A DNA stretch of 64,000 nucleotides from Scyliorhinus canicula. Taxonomy: Eukaryota. The position numbers were made by a program, and so were the translations under genes. Each line of letters begins with the position of its first letter. The first letter of the stretch is position 1. The stretch spans positions 166,636,410 through 166,700,409 of the forward strand of contig NC_052147.1 in the NCBI RefSeq assembly GCF_902713615.1. Reading direction: 5' to 3'. Positions 33,848 through 48,370 of the stretch are shown piece after piece. The notes beneath the pieces were generated by a model. The model saw only the letters and a list, made by a program, of their open reading frames with translations, was not told the DNA's origin and did no database searches.

Positions 33848-36800
33848 TGACTGAATATTGAGCTGGCTTTACCTAATTGAGATTCAGCTGGCAAAACAAC
33901 CCGTGGAGACAACAACTCTGGTTAAGACGGCTTTACATTCCAAGCTTGGTCAGCGTACGCAGGAGAGTGATTTGGATAAACATCAAAACCACCCTGCTTT
34001 ACATTACTTTAGGTTGAACAGTTGTACAATTTCTAAAAATCAGTATTCCTGCCTCAGCTGGGCTCGGCTGTAGATTATACATTGACCGATGAATTTTACT
34101 GTAGGCAGCATGGTAACTGCGTGATCAGCTCATGATGGAGTCATGTCCAGTCCACTGGCCATCTGTTGTTTTTCAAGATTCTCACATCTGCTGTCCTTTG
34201 CTCTCTCTCATTTTCTCACTCTCATTTCTTCTTATCATCGTGTGGTTCCTAGCTGTACCATTGTCTGCTTGATTATGGGATGTCTCGGTTTGCTGATAAG
34301 AGCTGCTTCCTCTGGATGTGTTTCTGCTGACCATGTTATCTCTGTACGATTCTGTCTTTCTTAGGAACGTGGTCAAGTCAGCTACTATTATGGGGGGGCC
34401 TGAAGAACGGGGACCCCCATGGATCCCGTAGCGGCCACTACTATTAGCAAGAGTTTAAATACTGCTATGTTCTAAGAATACATGTTTACGTGTTTAACAG
34501 TTAATAATGATTATTGGATATATTTTCTGTGATTAGTTTCATTCCTCAATAAACTAACTTATTGTAGTGTTATCCCAGCTATCTGGTCAAGGGGTCCTTT
34601 AGTTCCCCCTTTTGGCCTTGGATAGCCCAAGAATAGGCCACTAAAGAAACATACTGAGATTGTTGGGTTCAGGCTCAAGCGGGGAATGGTCGTTAGGTAA
34701 GAGCCGTAGCAGTTCCTCTTTATCTAGAATGTGCTACGGAATCTTAAAGGGACAAAGCACTGCAAGTTCACACTCTCTTGGCTAAAATAATAAGTAAGAT
34801 CCTCTAAGCTTCTATGTTATGAGACTTAAATGATCTATTTAATTCATTTACTTTTTCTTTTCATTTAAGCCAATCTTCAACATCCAACAGACATCACCGA
34901 CCCTTTATTACATCCAAATCTCAAAAGCATTTCACCAAAACACATTATGAGCTACAAAACCTTTGTTCTCTAATGGGGGTGATGTGATAGGACGATAAGA
35001 TTCTCACATTTGTTCCAAATGCCTATTGAGAGTTCTTAAAATTTCTACTTTCAACTGGCGTCATTGAGTTTCCATGGATCCACAATTAAACCTTGTATCA
35101 AGTAATTTAGCCAAGTAATTTAGTAATTTGTTTCTGGGGCAATTTAAAACCAATTAATAGCATAAAAATGGCTTATTGTCACGAGTAGGCTTCAATCACA
35201 GCTACTGTGAAAAGTCCATAGTCGCCACATTCCGGCGAGGCTGGTACGGGAATCGAACTGTGCTGCTAGCCTGCCTGGTCTGCTTTAAAAGCCAGCAATT
35301 TAGTCGAGTGAGATAAACCAGCCCCTGAAATCGCATGCTGAAATAGTTATTTTTTGTGCTCCAATTTATTTTCATTCATCCTTTATTTTTCCTTCAAACC
35401 GATGCAAATTCAGTTTCTTAACCAAGTTTTAAAGAAACCTTATCAAATCACTTTAAACTTGTTTTGAAGAATTCAAATTGGATCACCACCGAACTGAAAG
35501 TTTATAATCCAACCTTGACTCAGAACAATACAAGCTTGTATATCATCTACAACCCAACTAATTCTTTATTTGATCAATTTTGTTATCACATTTTCCTCTC
35601 TGCAGTAGCAAAAGGCATTCGACATTCGTTGTTCGCGCAGTACTTTCACCACCATTTGAAAAGAGGCGATCTGTATCAGGGTGGAGGTCGACTGGCTTTC
35701 CCTCTAAATCAGCAGTGATGTTTCTCCATTGCTGCCCTCGGAGTGGCAATCATGGAGTTTCAATAATATTGTGCAGGCTCAGAGTAATGACAAGAGCTTT
35801 GTCTGTCTTGTCACTAGTCGGAGCCTCCCTTTATTTCTGACTGCACCTGACTTTAGAGATAGTTTTTTAACATTGCAGAAAATATGCTATTTCTAGTTTA
35901 TTTTTTAGTCTGTCCGAACACCAAGCTTTTTGCCCGGTGTGCCAAAGGATCCTCATTGTGGATTTCCTGTTTTGGCCGCCATCGATTAATCACGGGGTCC
36001 TCCCCTTTCAAGATTTTTTAACGCATGATGGATATTTCCCTGTGCTTATCGGCATGGTACAAACGTCTGTCTTTGCCCAACCAACATTAGCATGCACTCA
36101 GTGTTGCGTATGTCCGCTGCTTCCTACTTCATAGCTATTTTCCCTTGTTCGGGTCGCACAACTTTTGGCTCCGACTGAGTCGCAACTCTTCTGTCTACCG
36201 GATGGTAAATTAAAATGTACTCACCAATTCAAATTCAGTTACATCATTCTGATGGAGTCCTGTGGGTGACCCTGCCCACAGTGCCAATATCTGTAGGAGC
36301 GTGACTCAGTGACTGAGTATTGAGCTGACATTTACGTGGGCAACCTCCCCACCTAAATGAGATTCAGCGAACAAGAAACTCACGGAGGCAGCAACTCTGG
36401 TTAAGACGGCTTTACTTTCCAAGCTTGGTCAACATATGAGCCAGAGTGATTTGCATAAGCACTAAAACCACTCTGCTTTACATTGCTTGAAGTTCAAAAG
36501 TTATATAATTTCCGAAAATCAGTAGCCCTGCCTCAGCTGGACTCGAACCAATCCTTGTAGCTGTAGATTTTACCCTGACCAATGAATTTTACTTTGGGCA
36601 GCATGGTAACTGTGCGATCAGCTCATGGTGTAGTCATGTCTATCCACTGGCCATCTGTTGTTTTTCAAGACTCTCGCATCTGCTGTCCTTTGCTCTCCCT
36701 CACTCCTATTTCTTCTCACCAGAGTGTGGTCCCAAGCTGAACCATTGTCTGCCTGAGTATGTGATGTCTAGAGTTGTTGATAAGAACTGCTTCTTCTGCT

Positions 36801-37039
36801 GACCATATCTTTTCTGTATGATTCTTTCTTTCTTAGGAATGTGGTCAAGTTAGCTAGCTTAAATCCCATCATACATTGGAGCCACTACTATTAGCAAGGG
36901 TTTAAATGCTTGTTACTACTATGTTCTAAGAATACATCTTTAATAGTTAATAATGATTACTGGATATATTTTCTGTGAGTAGTTTCAGTCCTCAATAAAC
37001 TAACTTATGTCGAGTGATTGTAGTGTTATCCTAGCAATC
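33848..37039 (+). repeat. Pair of diverged ~730-bp direct repeats (33848-34583, 36310-37039), LTR-like
   Basis: Alignable throughout, each with AATAAA near the 3' end. Single chimeric copy in unit 1 (9988-10699); first copy also at 61774-62509. Confidence 0.75.
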
Positions 37040-37878
37040 CGCATTTAAGTGTCTCATTTCAGGACCCCACCCCCCATTCATGCGATAAAAGAAAAATCAG
37101 GAGGAATACCCCAGGGCACAAATGCGCCCACCTGGAATATCTAAAGCTTTCAAAAGCAAACAGGCATCTCTGCTCCGACAATCCCTTTGAATTGTAACCT
37201 TCATGAATCACTACACACCTTTCTGCACTAAACTTCATCTGCCACATGCCTGCACATTCCACCAGCCTGTCTGAAGTCATTTGAAGTTCAATACTATCCT
37301 TTTAACTGTTCACAATATTCCTAAGTCTTGTGTCGCTGCTAATTTTCAAATTGCAATCTGTACATCAACATCTCAGTCAGGAAAGCAATGCGGGAACATT
37401 AACCACCAGAGAACCTCACCATATAAACCATGGCCCAATGTGACAAAGAGCACTCAGTTTCCCATCATACAACCACCTTGTGTCCATCCTGCCTTTGCCC
37501 CTTTCAGTTCATGGTCTTTGAATTTGCTGACAAGCCTGATATGTGATACTTGATCAATAAAAATAATGAACAAAAGAAAACACAATTAGAGGTGAAATCT
37601 TTAAGTACAAAAATTGTAGTTGATTGTAGTGATCTAACAGATATGTTTCTAAGTGTGGTAACGAGTGAGAATTGCTGCTGCTTCCCGACGGCTGAGATGG
37701 TGAGACCGCCACCAGTATCTACCGCCAATTAGGGCCAGTAATGACTCCCCACGGGCTTCACGCGGAAATGGCCGACCCACCAGCTGATTCATCTGGACAA
37801 TGCCCGGCAGCTCCGTTCTAACGAGGGAGAGCTGCTCTTAAACCGATCCCGCAGAGCAAACCCCAGTCAACTCGAAGC

Positions 37879-38112
37879 ATGCCACTGCGCAGACTAGCTC
37901 CCTGATACGGAGATGCTGACCTGGCCAGACTGTTGGACACGGTGGAGTCCAGACTGAATACCCTGTACCGCCAAGGAGGTCGGAGGGTCAGCCACAGAGC
38001 AACCAGTACCGCCTAGGAGGCAGTGGCAGCGGCCATCAGCACGAGGAATGTCATGAGAAAGACCGCCACGCAATATCTCAAGAAGATCAACAATGTCCAC
38101 TGGGCTGCACAG
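37879..38112 (+). pseudogene. Harbinger Myb/SANT-like exon 1, unit-2 copy
   Basis: Same 234-nt exon with the same two in-frame stops as 11540-11773. Confidence 0.75.
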
Positions 38113-39319
38113 GTGAGTTACCATCAGCCCCCTGGCACCGGCCCTGCTGCCACTCGCTGATGCCCTGGCCTCCCCCCCCAGATGTCCCTGCAGCTGTCAT
38201 TGTATCATCCCCCACTCATTTCCAGCAGAGGTACCCACGCCTGACCCCGGATCCTGTGATGCATTAAGCATGCAGTTCACAATGCCCTTTCTTTGTCCTT
38301 GCAAGAGATGTTAGTCCATAACAGGTGGGAAAATGCCCAGACGTGGCCCAGTCTCAGAGGGGCATCACTTAGGGTGCCAACGCCATGGTGCAGACAATGG
38401 GGAGTTGCCCGCGCTGGCAGATCCAGTTGATGCAGGGGCCTCTAGACCTCACTGCAGCCTCCTTCCAATCAAAGGTGACCCCCAAGGCCCTATGGGCACC
38501 GATCTGGAGGAGTGAGCACTGAAGGCCAACCTGGAGCATCACTGTCGGGAAACAATGGCAGTCACCAGCTCTCCCAAGTCCCCTCCTCCTAACAATGGCC
38601 CATCTCTAGGTCTGGATGGAACAGAGTGGCACGGTGAGACATGTGCCTCTGGCATGTCGGACAGGGTCCTTCACCCCCAGGTCCTCCAGAGGATGCCTGC
38701 CATGGGGTATTAATGGACACAGGGTGCGGGAGGCAGCAGGCTGCCTCCACTTCTGATAGTGCATCCTGAGGACACCACTGGACACAGAGGGCTAAGCAGA
38801 TCCAGGACCATTGAGAGGCCACAGAGGTTGGGGATGGGTGGCACCATCTTTACGTATGAACGGTTGGGATCACTATTGTACAACATTAAAACATGTTACA
38901 CTCGATACATTTCAAGCCTCTGTCATGTTATTCTGCACTGCGGACCATCCTGCACCCTCCTCCCACAGTTGCCCTCCGTCCTCCCCCAGATCAAGCCCCT
39001 TGGACACTGTGGTCCTAGACCTGGGCCCTACCTCCCCGAGGCATACAACGTGGAGATGATGGGTGCGAGAGCACTGAAAGCAAAGAAACTGGAGTTAAAC
39101 CATGGCATTGATTGAGGAGCACCAGAGTCAGCTCACAGCGGGTTATCATCACCCTCCTGCCTTGTGTGTTGACCTGCTGAAAGTGCCAACACAGGCCCAT
39201 CACCCTGAGGTGATGATACACATATCCAGGGAGGGTAGAGGTCATGTTTTGGGAGTAGCAGATTGGGTGGAGTGAGGGGGACTGACGGTGGGGCGGAGAT
39301 GATGTGTGCGAAGGGGAGA

Positions 39320-39499
39320 GGAGCTGAGATAGCATAGGGCTAAATCGCAAACTTTGAATGCAGACCAAGCAGGCCAGCAGCACGGTTCGATTCCCGTAAC
39401 AGCCTCCCCGAACAGGCGCCGGAATGTGGCGACTAGGGGCTTTTCACAGTAACTTCATTGTAGCCTACTCGTGACAATAAACGATTTTCATTTCATTTC
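39320..39499 (+). mobile_element. Short tRNA-SINE with (TTTCA)n tail, unit-2-specific (same family on - at 35166-35325 and ~63092-63251)
   Basis: GGTTCGATTCCC B box; 3' GACTAGGGGCTTTTCACAGTAACTTCATTG...GTGACAATAA. Absent at ~13010 in unit 1. Confidence 0.8.
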
Positions 39500-39503
39500 C
39501 TTC

Positions 39504-40696
39504 CTATGAGAAGCGGGCAAGGAAAAGGGCCTCCCTTATCCTCGGGGCATTCCGGTACAGTGCAGCCGCCTGTCCTCCATCTTCCGGCTGCTCCGGCCTT
39601 GGCTTCCAGACCTTCCTGGTCGTGCTCCTCCTCATCCTCCTCCTCAGCCAAGCCTGCATGTTCCCCGTCCTCCACCTCCAGCATGTCACCGCTCTGCTCT
39701 GCCAGGTTGTGGAGGGAACAGCAGACCACCACAAAGCCGGAGGAGCTCTGGGGCAGTACTGCAGTGCACCACCAGAGAAGTCGAGTCATCGGAACCGTAT
39801 TTTCAGCAGTCCGATACACTACTCAATGACAACCTGGGTGGCCACATGGGCCTTAGTTATATTGGGTCTCTGCATCGGTCCCTGACTTCCACCCTGGCAT
39901 CATTATCCAGGACTTCTTTGGGTACCCTTATCCCCCAAGAGCCAACCGGTAACCCTGGGGTGTCCGTTGAAGATGCCAGGAATCTCCAACTGCCCCAGGA
40001 TGTAGCTGTCGTGCTCACTCCTGGGGAAGCATGCACACACGTGCATGATCTTGAGGTGGTGGTCACACACACGTTGAACACTCAGGGAGTGGAGCCTATT
40101 CCTGTTAATGAAGGGTGCTCCTGGGCTGCCAGGTGCATGCAAGGTGACATGCACGACATGTATTACACCCTTGACCTGGGGCATCCCAGTCGTGGCAGGG
40201 AATCCTATTTTCTGGGCATCATGATGGGCTTGGTCCAGGTCAAAGTTTATACAGTCAGCCGCCCGTGATTTCACAGATACATTTGCGGGTTGTAGGTTGG
40301 GAAATGCCACACAAGTCCCCGCTCGGGCTATGCAAAGAAAATAGGGGTAAGGTTACCATCACAGCCACCGAGATCAGGTACCTGCCTCCTCCATGTGGTG
40401 CCAAGTCTACAAGGACAAGGCACAGGTGCCGCATTCTCCCATAATTGAGGCTCCTGTGGCACATGCTGTCTGACATCTCTTCAAATGACCAGCAATGCCT
40501 GTGCACCTTGCAGCACTACCAGCCTCCCCTACGGGTCTCTCCATGGTCTGAAGGGCGACCAGGTCCTCAGGGTGTACATGGGCTGCCCACGCGAGTCTCT
40601 GTTGCCGCTGCCGCTCCATTTTCTCCGTCGCCTGGTCACCTTGACTGCCACCGCCAATGCGAGGGCAACTGCTTTGAGGCCCACAATATCATCCGT
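39504..40696 (-). pseudogene. Harbinger transposase, unit-2 copy
   Basis: ORF pieces 40255-40506, 39903-40310 and 39493-39819 with SGDLCGISQ, PRSEHDSYIL, WLLGDKG, VVVCCSLHNLA. Confidence 0.9.
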
Positions 40697-42162
40697 AATG
40701 TGATATCTGTGAAGAATTGGAGAGGGTGAGGGACCGACAATCAGTTATGGTTTCCAACCCAGGATCCTTGGGTCCACCAAGCCTCCCCAACCCATACATT
40801 GCTTGCCATCTCTCAGGGTGTCATCCAACAAGTCGGTTGTGGTGATGGACCCTGCCCTCCACATGAACCCCCAGCCAGAGCAGTGGCTGATGGGCACCGG
40901 AGCCGGAACCTGGGCCCCAGACCCTGACCTGTGCATTACTTGGACCGGGAGCAGGTTCCCTCTCCTCACTCCAACCCATTGGGTGCAGGGGTGACACCAG
41001 TGCTGAGGCCCAGCTCTTGGGTCTTTGATTGTTGGCTGCTGCCCCTGAGATGTTGTAGCCTCTAGTGTTCAGGCAAAGTGTCCAGGGCCTCACAATCTGA
41101 TTGGGATGCTAGGCAGTAAACCTTACCACAGCGACATGGCATGTCTACTCACAGTAATCCACTTTGGAGCTTTGAAGTGCTCACATAACTAATATTTCCA
41201 ATCTCCTATTAGCAATAGCCTTCAGCTGCATGGCTGTAGGCCACCACTGTCACAGGGAGGTAAGGTAACCTGCATCATATACTACAGACAGGGCTCTGTC
41301 CTGGGTTGTTCCCGTTGAATGGACAACTGAAGTTGCACCTATTATGAGTATACATGACCTAGGGTGGGGGACGGCATTTTGGACATGAGGGGGCTGAGCG
41401 CCTCATCCCCCAACCCGGGGCAACCCCTTTAAAATGGCTGCTGACCCTCCCCCCCCAACTGGGCCCATTTCCCTCTGGGGGTCCCCCACCCGACCTGAGC
41501 AGTGGGACAGCCAGCCCCGTTGCCCCGGGCTGATTGCCCGATTTCCACAATAGCGATTCACCTCCTCTGATCCCCACATCGCCATTGGAGTAGCTTCACA
41601 TTGCTAAATAGGGGTGCAAAAGGGCGCCCGCATGACCACTGACTGGGAAGCCGGTTAGATTATGGGATGCCGTTTGATAGGAATTCCTTCCCGTTAATGA
41701 GATGGAGATTGGCCAGAATTGGTGATTATTGGTTTCTCGCCATGTTGCAGCGCGATCCCGATCTCGCCAATGAGAGCAGATCAGTTTGATTGGAAACGGA
41801 TCGGCTTCTAGCGTGGTTCCGATTTTGATGTATCCTGTCTTCCAACCGCCTTGCGCGAATTCACAGCCAGCGAGACACATCCACTGGATCGTGCCTGATG
41901 TGTCTGCAGCATGACCTACAAAACATTTCCATATTTATTGATGTATCACGATGAAGTGTATCATGTTTTAATTAGTTTGAACAGCGCAACAAATGCATTT
42001 ATGTAGATACTGTTCCTGGAAACAGCTATGTCGATCTGCAAAGAGATTGCTGGAGATTTTTTTTTTCCTCTTTTGGTTAATTTAGGAAGGGGCTAGCTGG
42101 CCATACCTTGGAAACAATTGAAACTGTTTGACAACAGGTAGAATGTAGAAAGGACGATGGAA

Positions 42163-42392
42163 TCTCCCTCTTTGTTTTCACATGACAAATAAAATGAAGT
42201 GAAAGCAAAGTGAAGAGAATCAGTGACATGTCAAGCAACATGTCAAGTGGTGTGTTTTGTACTCTTTTTGCTGATGTTCAGCATCAAATCATATGAATAA
42301 CAAAGGGGCAGAGTAGATGGATCATCCTGTACAGCGTATATATACCACTCTGTACAGCTAAGTTAAAGCAGTTACTAATCTGTGAGCTCAAA
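42163..42392 (+). promoter_or_regulatory. Proximal promoter/5'UTR of B2
   Basis: MARE-like 42269-42283, AACAAAG, TATATATA 42337-42344; 4-nt 5'UTR deletion relative to B1. Confidence 0.75.
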
Positions 42393-45300
42393 ATGGCAAA
42401 GGCAAGAATCAGTCTGATTTTCTACAGGATGTGAGAGTTTGTGATTGCTATCGCTGGATTTTCAAGTTTATTAATTTATGTTATCATCTCGTTCCACAGA
42501 TTATCTTTTACGAGGACAGGAACTTCCAGGGTCGGCACTATGAGTGCAGTAATGACTGTGCTGACCTGTCCCCTTACTTCAGTCGCTGTAACTCCATGCG
42601 TGTCATGAGTGACTGGTGGGTGATGTATGAGAGACCCAATTACATGGGATACCAGTATGTTCTGAGCAGGGGAGAATATCCTGACTACCAGCGCTGGATG
42701 GGATTCAATGACAGCATCGGGTCATGTCGCACCTACCCATATGTAAGTTTGTTGCTTACATATTCTGCTCTGATGGGGGTTGAGAAAATGTTCATGGACC
42801 AAAATACCAAAGTTTGGGGAGTTATCCTGATTTTCATTCTTGCAATTTTCACTTGCAGAAAAGATCTACAGCTGAGTAATTAAAGGTGTAAATCTGTATT
42901 AGATAAATTGGAACTTACTGTTCCTCGAAATTAGGTCAAGGTATTTGTCAGGCAGCGCTGATGCCCATCTAAATCAGGGTTATATTACTTAAAATGCAAA
43001 TGAGTGGCCAAAGAACTGGCTTTTGATGCCACTGTGTCTTCTGCCAATATAATATGGACAACTGATGTCCATCTGCGTGTGTGCAGAAATCCAATGACTC
43101 GCACATAACGGTTTACCCAGAGCACCACCAACTCATTTTGCTTTCTATCTTAGTTATTGCAATGTGCTTTCAGTTTGTGAATCTCATGGATCACACATAT
43201 CACTTAGTCAGCAGGTTGCTGGGAAGATCGAGTTTACAAGCATTTTATTAAGCATTTGGGTGAAGTATTGCAGTGTTTTCCAAGGAGTGGCAGGGACACC
43301 CTGAATCGTTACTGAATGTCGCTGTTTCAACCCAGTTTAATATTTTCTGTCATCTGTCAATTTATGTGAACATATGTTACTGAATATTCAGTGATCCCAA
43401 AGATTCGGTAAAGGCAGGAAAGAAAACTGTTCCAACAAGCTGACCAATTCTCGTGGGTTAGCGAAGGAGCTGAATTGTACCTTTACTACACTGCATGTCC
43501 TGTCACATTCTCAAATCTCTCCAGTTTCAGTAGGATCAATGAATTCATGACAGAGCAGAACTAAGTATGATTTTGTGGGGTACAAACAACCACTTTATTT
43601 TTATATGCAGGGACATAGTACTTGAAAGTAAATAAGCTGGGTTAATGTTGCACATTGCCCCCTGTAAAGAAGGCAGCAACACATATAACAGCACATACAT
43701 GGCATTGGAATCTAACATAGCCTGCAGGTGCTCTCAGAGAAGTTTGATTATGATGAATTATTACAAGATTGTAGTTCCTTAAGCAGCGACTGCTCAGGGG
43801 TTTTTATGCAAAGTCTTTCTGTTGTTCTCAGGAAAGTTGGGTACTTGTCTGACTCCACTGGCATTGTGATCACAGCCTCTCCAATCACTTCATACCCCCC
43901 ATCCTCAGTGCCCATCCTAATCCAATCCTCGTGCCCCTGTAAACTTTCTCTGGAGGGTGTTCACATCAAGTTTAATGAGTGCTGATCCTGAATTTTGGAT
44001 ATTACGTTGGCACGGGGCTGCCTCTAGGATTGGGAACAAAAAAGGGACCTGATGAGTTTCTACCTCATAAACAGTTTCAGTTAAAGACCAAGATCTGACT
44101 GTGATTGGATAATTTTTGTTGTATAAATTTAGAGTACCAATTTCTTTTTCCAATTAAGGGGAAATTTAGTGTGGCCAATCTGCCTACCCTGCACATTTTT
44201 GGTTTGTGGGGGTGAGACCCATGCAGCCATGGGGAAAATATGCAAGCTCCACATGGATAGTGATTGGGGACTGGGATTGAACCCGGATCCTCAGCACCGT
44301 GAGATAGCAGTGCTAACCACTTTCCTGCCGTGCTGTCCTAGGATAATTTGTTACATAGAATTTATAGCACTGAAACAGGCCGTTCAGTACAACAATCTAC
44401 TCAGTCATGTCTATGGCTTTGTCTTTGTGCACCACACGGATATTCTCCATCTCTCTATGTCAAACACTGTGAGCATTCCCTTGTATTCCTTTTACCCTCC
44501 ATGCATTTACCTAGCTTCCGCCTGTATGCATGAACAGTATATTTACTGTTTTTGATAATACTTTGAGCATTACATTGACTAACTAAGTGCATCAACTCAA
44601 TCTTCTGCACAACCCCACGAGAGTCAATTATATTAAATACACATTTGACTGAAAAGGAACTTATTGAATTGGATGTTCAGAATCTGGGTTTAGACTCAGA
44701 ATCTGTTGGCTCTTACTCACTGATGTAATTGTTATTGTTACCTTGTGGACTGTTTTCTTGTTCCAAATTCTTTTGTCACAATGTAAGATGCGATTTTTGT
44801 TGACTGATATTTCACCGTTTAAGTGTAATTGTAGCATTGAAACACTCTCAGCCATGCTTCACATTACATCTAAGGTACATAAAAATGACATCAGAATAAC
44901 AATATGAGTCCGACAAAATGGACATTGCTACACTCAAACCTTTCGAATCATTTTATTCTGTACGTTATATTTCCCCCACAAACTCTTTGCATTTGCCATA
45001 GACACAGCTAATCAAGCTAATATATTCTAGACCATCATAGACATTGCTGAGTGAATGGCTCTCAGTCCATCACTCCAAGATCTGTGAAGTTATCCTTACC
45101 TTCGGCCCACTTACACAGTAATTAATGCTCAGCAGAAAGCTGTTCGAACGCCGGAGTGGTTTACGCCCCGCCGGCCGGCGTGGAAGGCCTTTGGCGCCGC
45201 GCCAGCCGGGGCCGAAAGAACTCCGCCGGCCGGCGCGTGTCCGCGCATGCACGGGAGTGTCAGCGGCTGCTGATGTCATCCCCGCGCATGTGCAGGGGGG

Positions 45301-46289
45301 GGTTTCACCTTCGCGCCGGCCATCGCGGAGGCCTACACGGCCAGAGCGTAGGAAAAGAGTTCCCCCACAGCACAGGCCCGCCCGCGGATCGGTGGGCCCC
45401 GATCGCGGGCCAGGCCACTGTGGGGGCAACCCCCGGGGCCAGATTGCCCTGTGCCCTCTCCAAGGACCCCGGAACCCGCCCGCGCTGCCAGGTCCCGCCG
45501 GTAAGGGACCTAGTCCAATTTAAACTGGCGGGATCTGCTTAGAACGAGCGGGACTTCGGCCCATCGTGGTTCGGAGAATCGCCGGGGGGGGGGGGGGGGG
45601 CGCCAACTGGCGTGGCGTGGTTCCCGCCCCCGCCAAGTCTGCGCTGCTAGAGAATTCGGCGGTGGCGGAATTCACCCGCCGGCGGGGGGTTGGAGAATCC
45701 CGCCAAATATCTTCAGTCAGAATTCTTCCTTTGCAGCTCCATGTTCTTCCCACTTACTGATAAAACGAAACCTCCAGTCTGCATGAGCCTTACATTTATT
45801 GTGCCCAAAACCTCTGATTTAACTGCATACAATTATCCAAAAGTTGCAACTGAAAATCAGGTGAGGTTAGAGCCACAGGTCCTGTTCATGTTCTCTCAGC
45901 TTAATTATTATTGTTCATGAGATTGTGCCTCCAAACCAACCTGCTCCATTTTTACATACTACAAATCGGTACTTGATATTTTCAACACAAAAATCCTTTT
46001 ATTTCTATGACAGTACCGAGGTGGAAACTACAGAATGAGGATTTACGAGAGGCCTGACTTTGGAGGACAGATGATGGAATTCATGGATGACTGTCCATCC
46101 GTCTATGATCGTTTTCGTTACCGTGACATCCACTCCTGCCATGTGATGGACGGTTACTGGAACTTCTATGAACATCCCAACTACAGAGGCCGACAGTACT
46201 TCATGAGACCCGGTGAATACAAGAGATACAGTGACTGGGGCGGCTTCAACTCAACTATCGGATCTTTCAGACGCATGAGGGATTTCTAG
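42393..46289 (+). CDS. cryg: gamma-crystallin copy B2, 175 aa; exons 42393-42401, 42500-42742, 46014-46289
   Basis: Intact spliced ORF with Y162F. GC-AG intron 1 (98 nt); AATAAA 46339-46344. Confidence 0.95.
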
Positions 46290-46456
46290 ATTGTTCCTGA
46301 CAAATATGGTTTTGATTTTCTAACATATGTGTCAGCAGAATAAATATACTTAACTTAACTGCTTTTTCTCTCAATTGATTTGTGTTTGGATTGTCGGGGA
46401 AATTGTCTGTAATGTTCGAATATTGAATGGGATGGGTAAACAATACTTGAAACAAT

Positions 46457-46582
46457 GGGCTGGATTCTTCCCTCCCACCCGCCGCAAGAACGCCACGGGC
46501 GAGACGCGGACAATGGAGAAGTCCGATGACCTCGGGCAGGAATCTCCGATCGCCAGGCGGGCATGGCTGGAGAATCCAGCCC
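46457..46582. mobile_element. 126-bp Harbinger-type MITE 3' of B2
   Basis: Perfect 12-bp TIR GGGCTGGATTCT / AGAATCCAGCCC, TSD AAT. Confidence 0.85.
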
Positions 46583-47108
46583 AATAACTTCACCATAGGC
46601 TCAAAATTAGAAACAGAAAAGTTGGGGCATATATGGAATGGTCTTCATACTGTGGGGGTACCTATACTTCAGGAACTGCAGCGGTTCAAGAAGGCAACTC
46701 ACCACCACCTTCTGAAGGGCTATAGGATGGGCAATAAATGCTGGCCTGACCAGCAATGCCCACATCCCATAAATGAATTTTAAAAAATTTATACACCCTG
46801 TCTCACTTTCCATTCCTGAAAATCCCTCACATATTGTGCCCATAACCTTGACCATTCGATAATCAACTTTTGTGATCATGAAAATATACCTCACTAAGAA
46901 ACAGGCCTGTATTATCTAAATGGGAGTAGAAGTTCCATTCCTCATAATCTCTGAATCTGAAGCATGGAAGCCAAATGTAGCAATACATCATTTAAATTCA
47001 GTTCCGTGTTTTCATTTAATCACACTGTTAGGACAGAAAGAATGAAAGTTTCAACCTTTCCATGAGCACTGCAGACACCTCCAAAATGCAGCACTCATTC
47101 AGTACTGC

Positions 47109-47865
47109 TGTAGACATCAAAGATAGCCACCTGCAAAGGACCATGGGAATTATGGGCAACCTAGGACTCAGACAGATGCAGAGCCTATGTGTATTTGAAA
47201 CACAGGTAACCAGACTTGATCGAAACCCCCGCTCATTTGCATTTGAATGGGCCATTTTCCCAGGACAATAGAACTCCAATCAATCAACCGGTACCGCCAC
47301 AGACTGATTGGCGCCACTCCCTTTACTCAGAAAGCCCACTGCCAAGGTCAATAACTGCTAAGGACCCGCCCAGCCACCAAGGCACCAGCCTCTTTATTTG
47401 CCGAAATCGAAGACAGTGATCAAAGCCCTGTCGAACTACTGGGTCCAAGGTTAAGGACTGCCCCAGAGAGCGTGAAATCCCAGAGGGATTAAAGAGAGCA
47501 CAGCCATGTGTTCTGTCTCCTTTGGATCTGGCCTGTGCCAACCCAATCGTCGCAGGAACAGCCAGCCAATTTCAAGACCAACGATCGCTACCTGACGGAT
47601 GAGCCCAGCAGAGACAGAGCCACTTTCTTTGAATCAGCCAGATAACGGGCTGATCCATTTGCACAGTGCCGGTTGCCCTGAAGTTAAGTATAGGTTATTG
47701 TAGCTGATAGGTGTAGTTTAACTCATAGTAGATATAGTGTTTGCATGTTGAGATAACTCTTGTGTATATAAATAAACCACCTTTTGAACCAAAAACTGGT
47801 TTTGTGGTCATTTGATCTATATAAGGGAAGGCTTGTGGTTCACCAACATTATTACTAGAGCAATA
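47109..47865 (+). mobile_element. Solo LTR family 2, unit-2 copy
   Basis: Paralogous to 20797-21552 with the same TSD CTGC. Confidence 0.8.
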
Positions 47866-48370
47866 CTGCACTGGATATCAGCCTGGATTGTTGCGTTTGA
47901 GTCTTAGACCTCATGACCTCCGGCCCAGAGATGAGACTGTAATGCCTGAGCCAGCACTCTATATTTGAATTCCCTTGTTAAAGGTTTGATTAAATCTGCT
48001 TCCAGCACTATTTCAGGTAGTGTGTTCCAGATCATGACATTCTTCTGCCTGAGAAACAATTCTGCTGGTCTCCCCCTGAATTCTTTTATTTTAAATCTGT
48101 GTCCGCTGATTACCCAACCTCTCTGCCTGAAACCAATTCATCCTTATTCACTCAACCCAAAGGCTTCATGGTTTTCAGTTTCTGCATTAAAATCTCCCCT
48201 GAATCTTTCCTGCTCTAAGAAGAGCCAATCCATCTAACCTGTACATCTTTGGGTTGTGGGGGCGAAACCCATGCAGACAAAGGGAGACTGTGCAAACTCC
48301 ACATGGACAGTAACTCAGGGCTGGGATTCGAACCCAGGTCCTCAGCACCACAGTCCCAGTGCTATACACT

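Larger units (their letters stand above)
37625..41896. mobile_element. PIF/Harbinger transposon, unit-2 copy
   Basis: Same ends and TSD GAT (37622-37624, 41897-41899); Myb exon 37879-38112; contains an extra SINE at ~39320-39499. Confidence 0.85.
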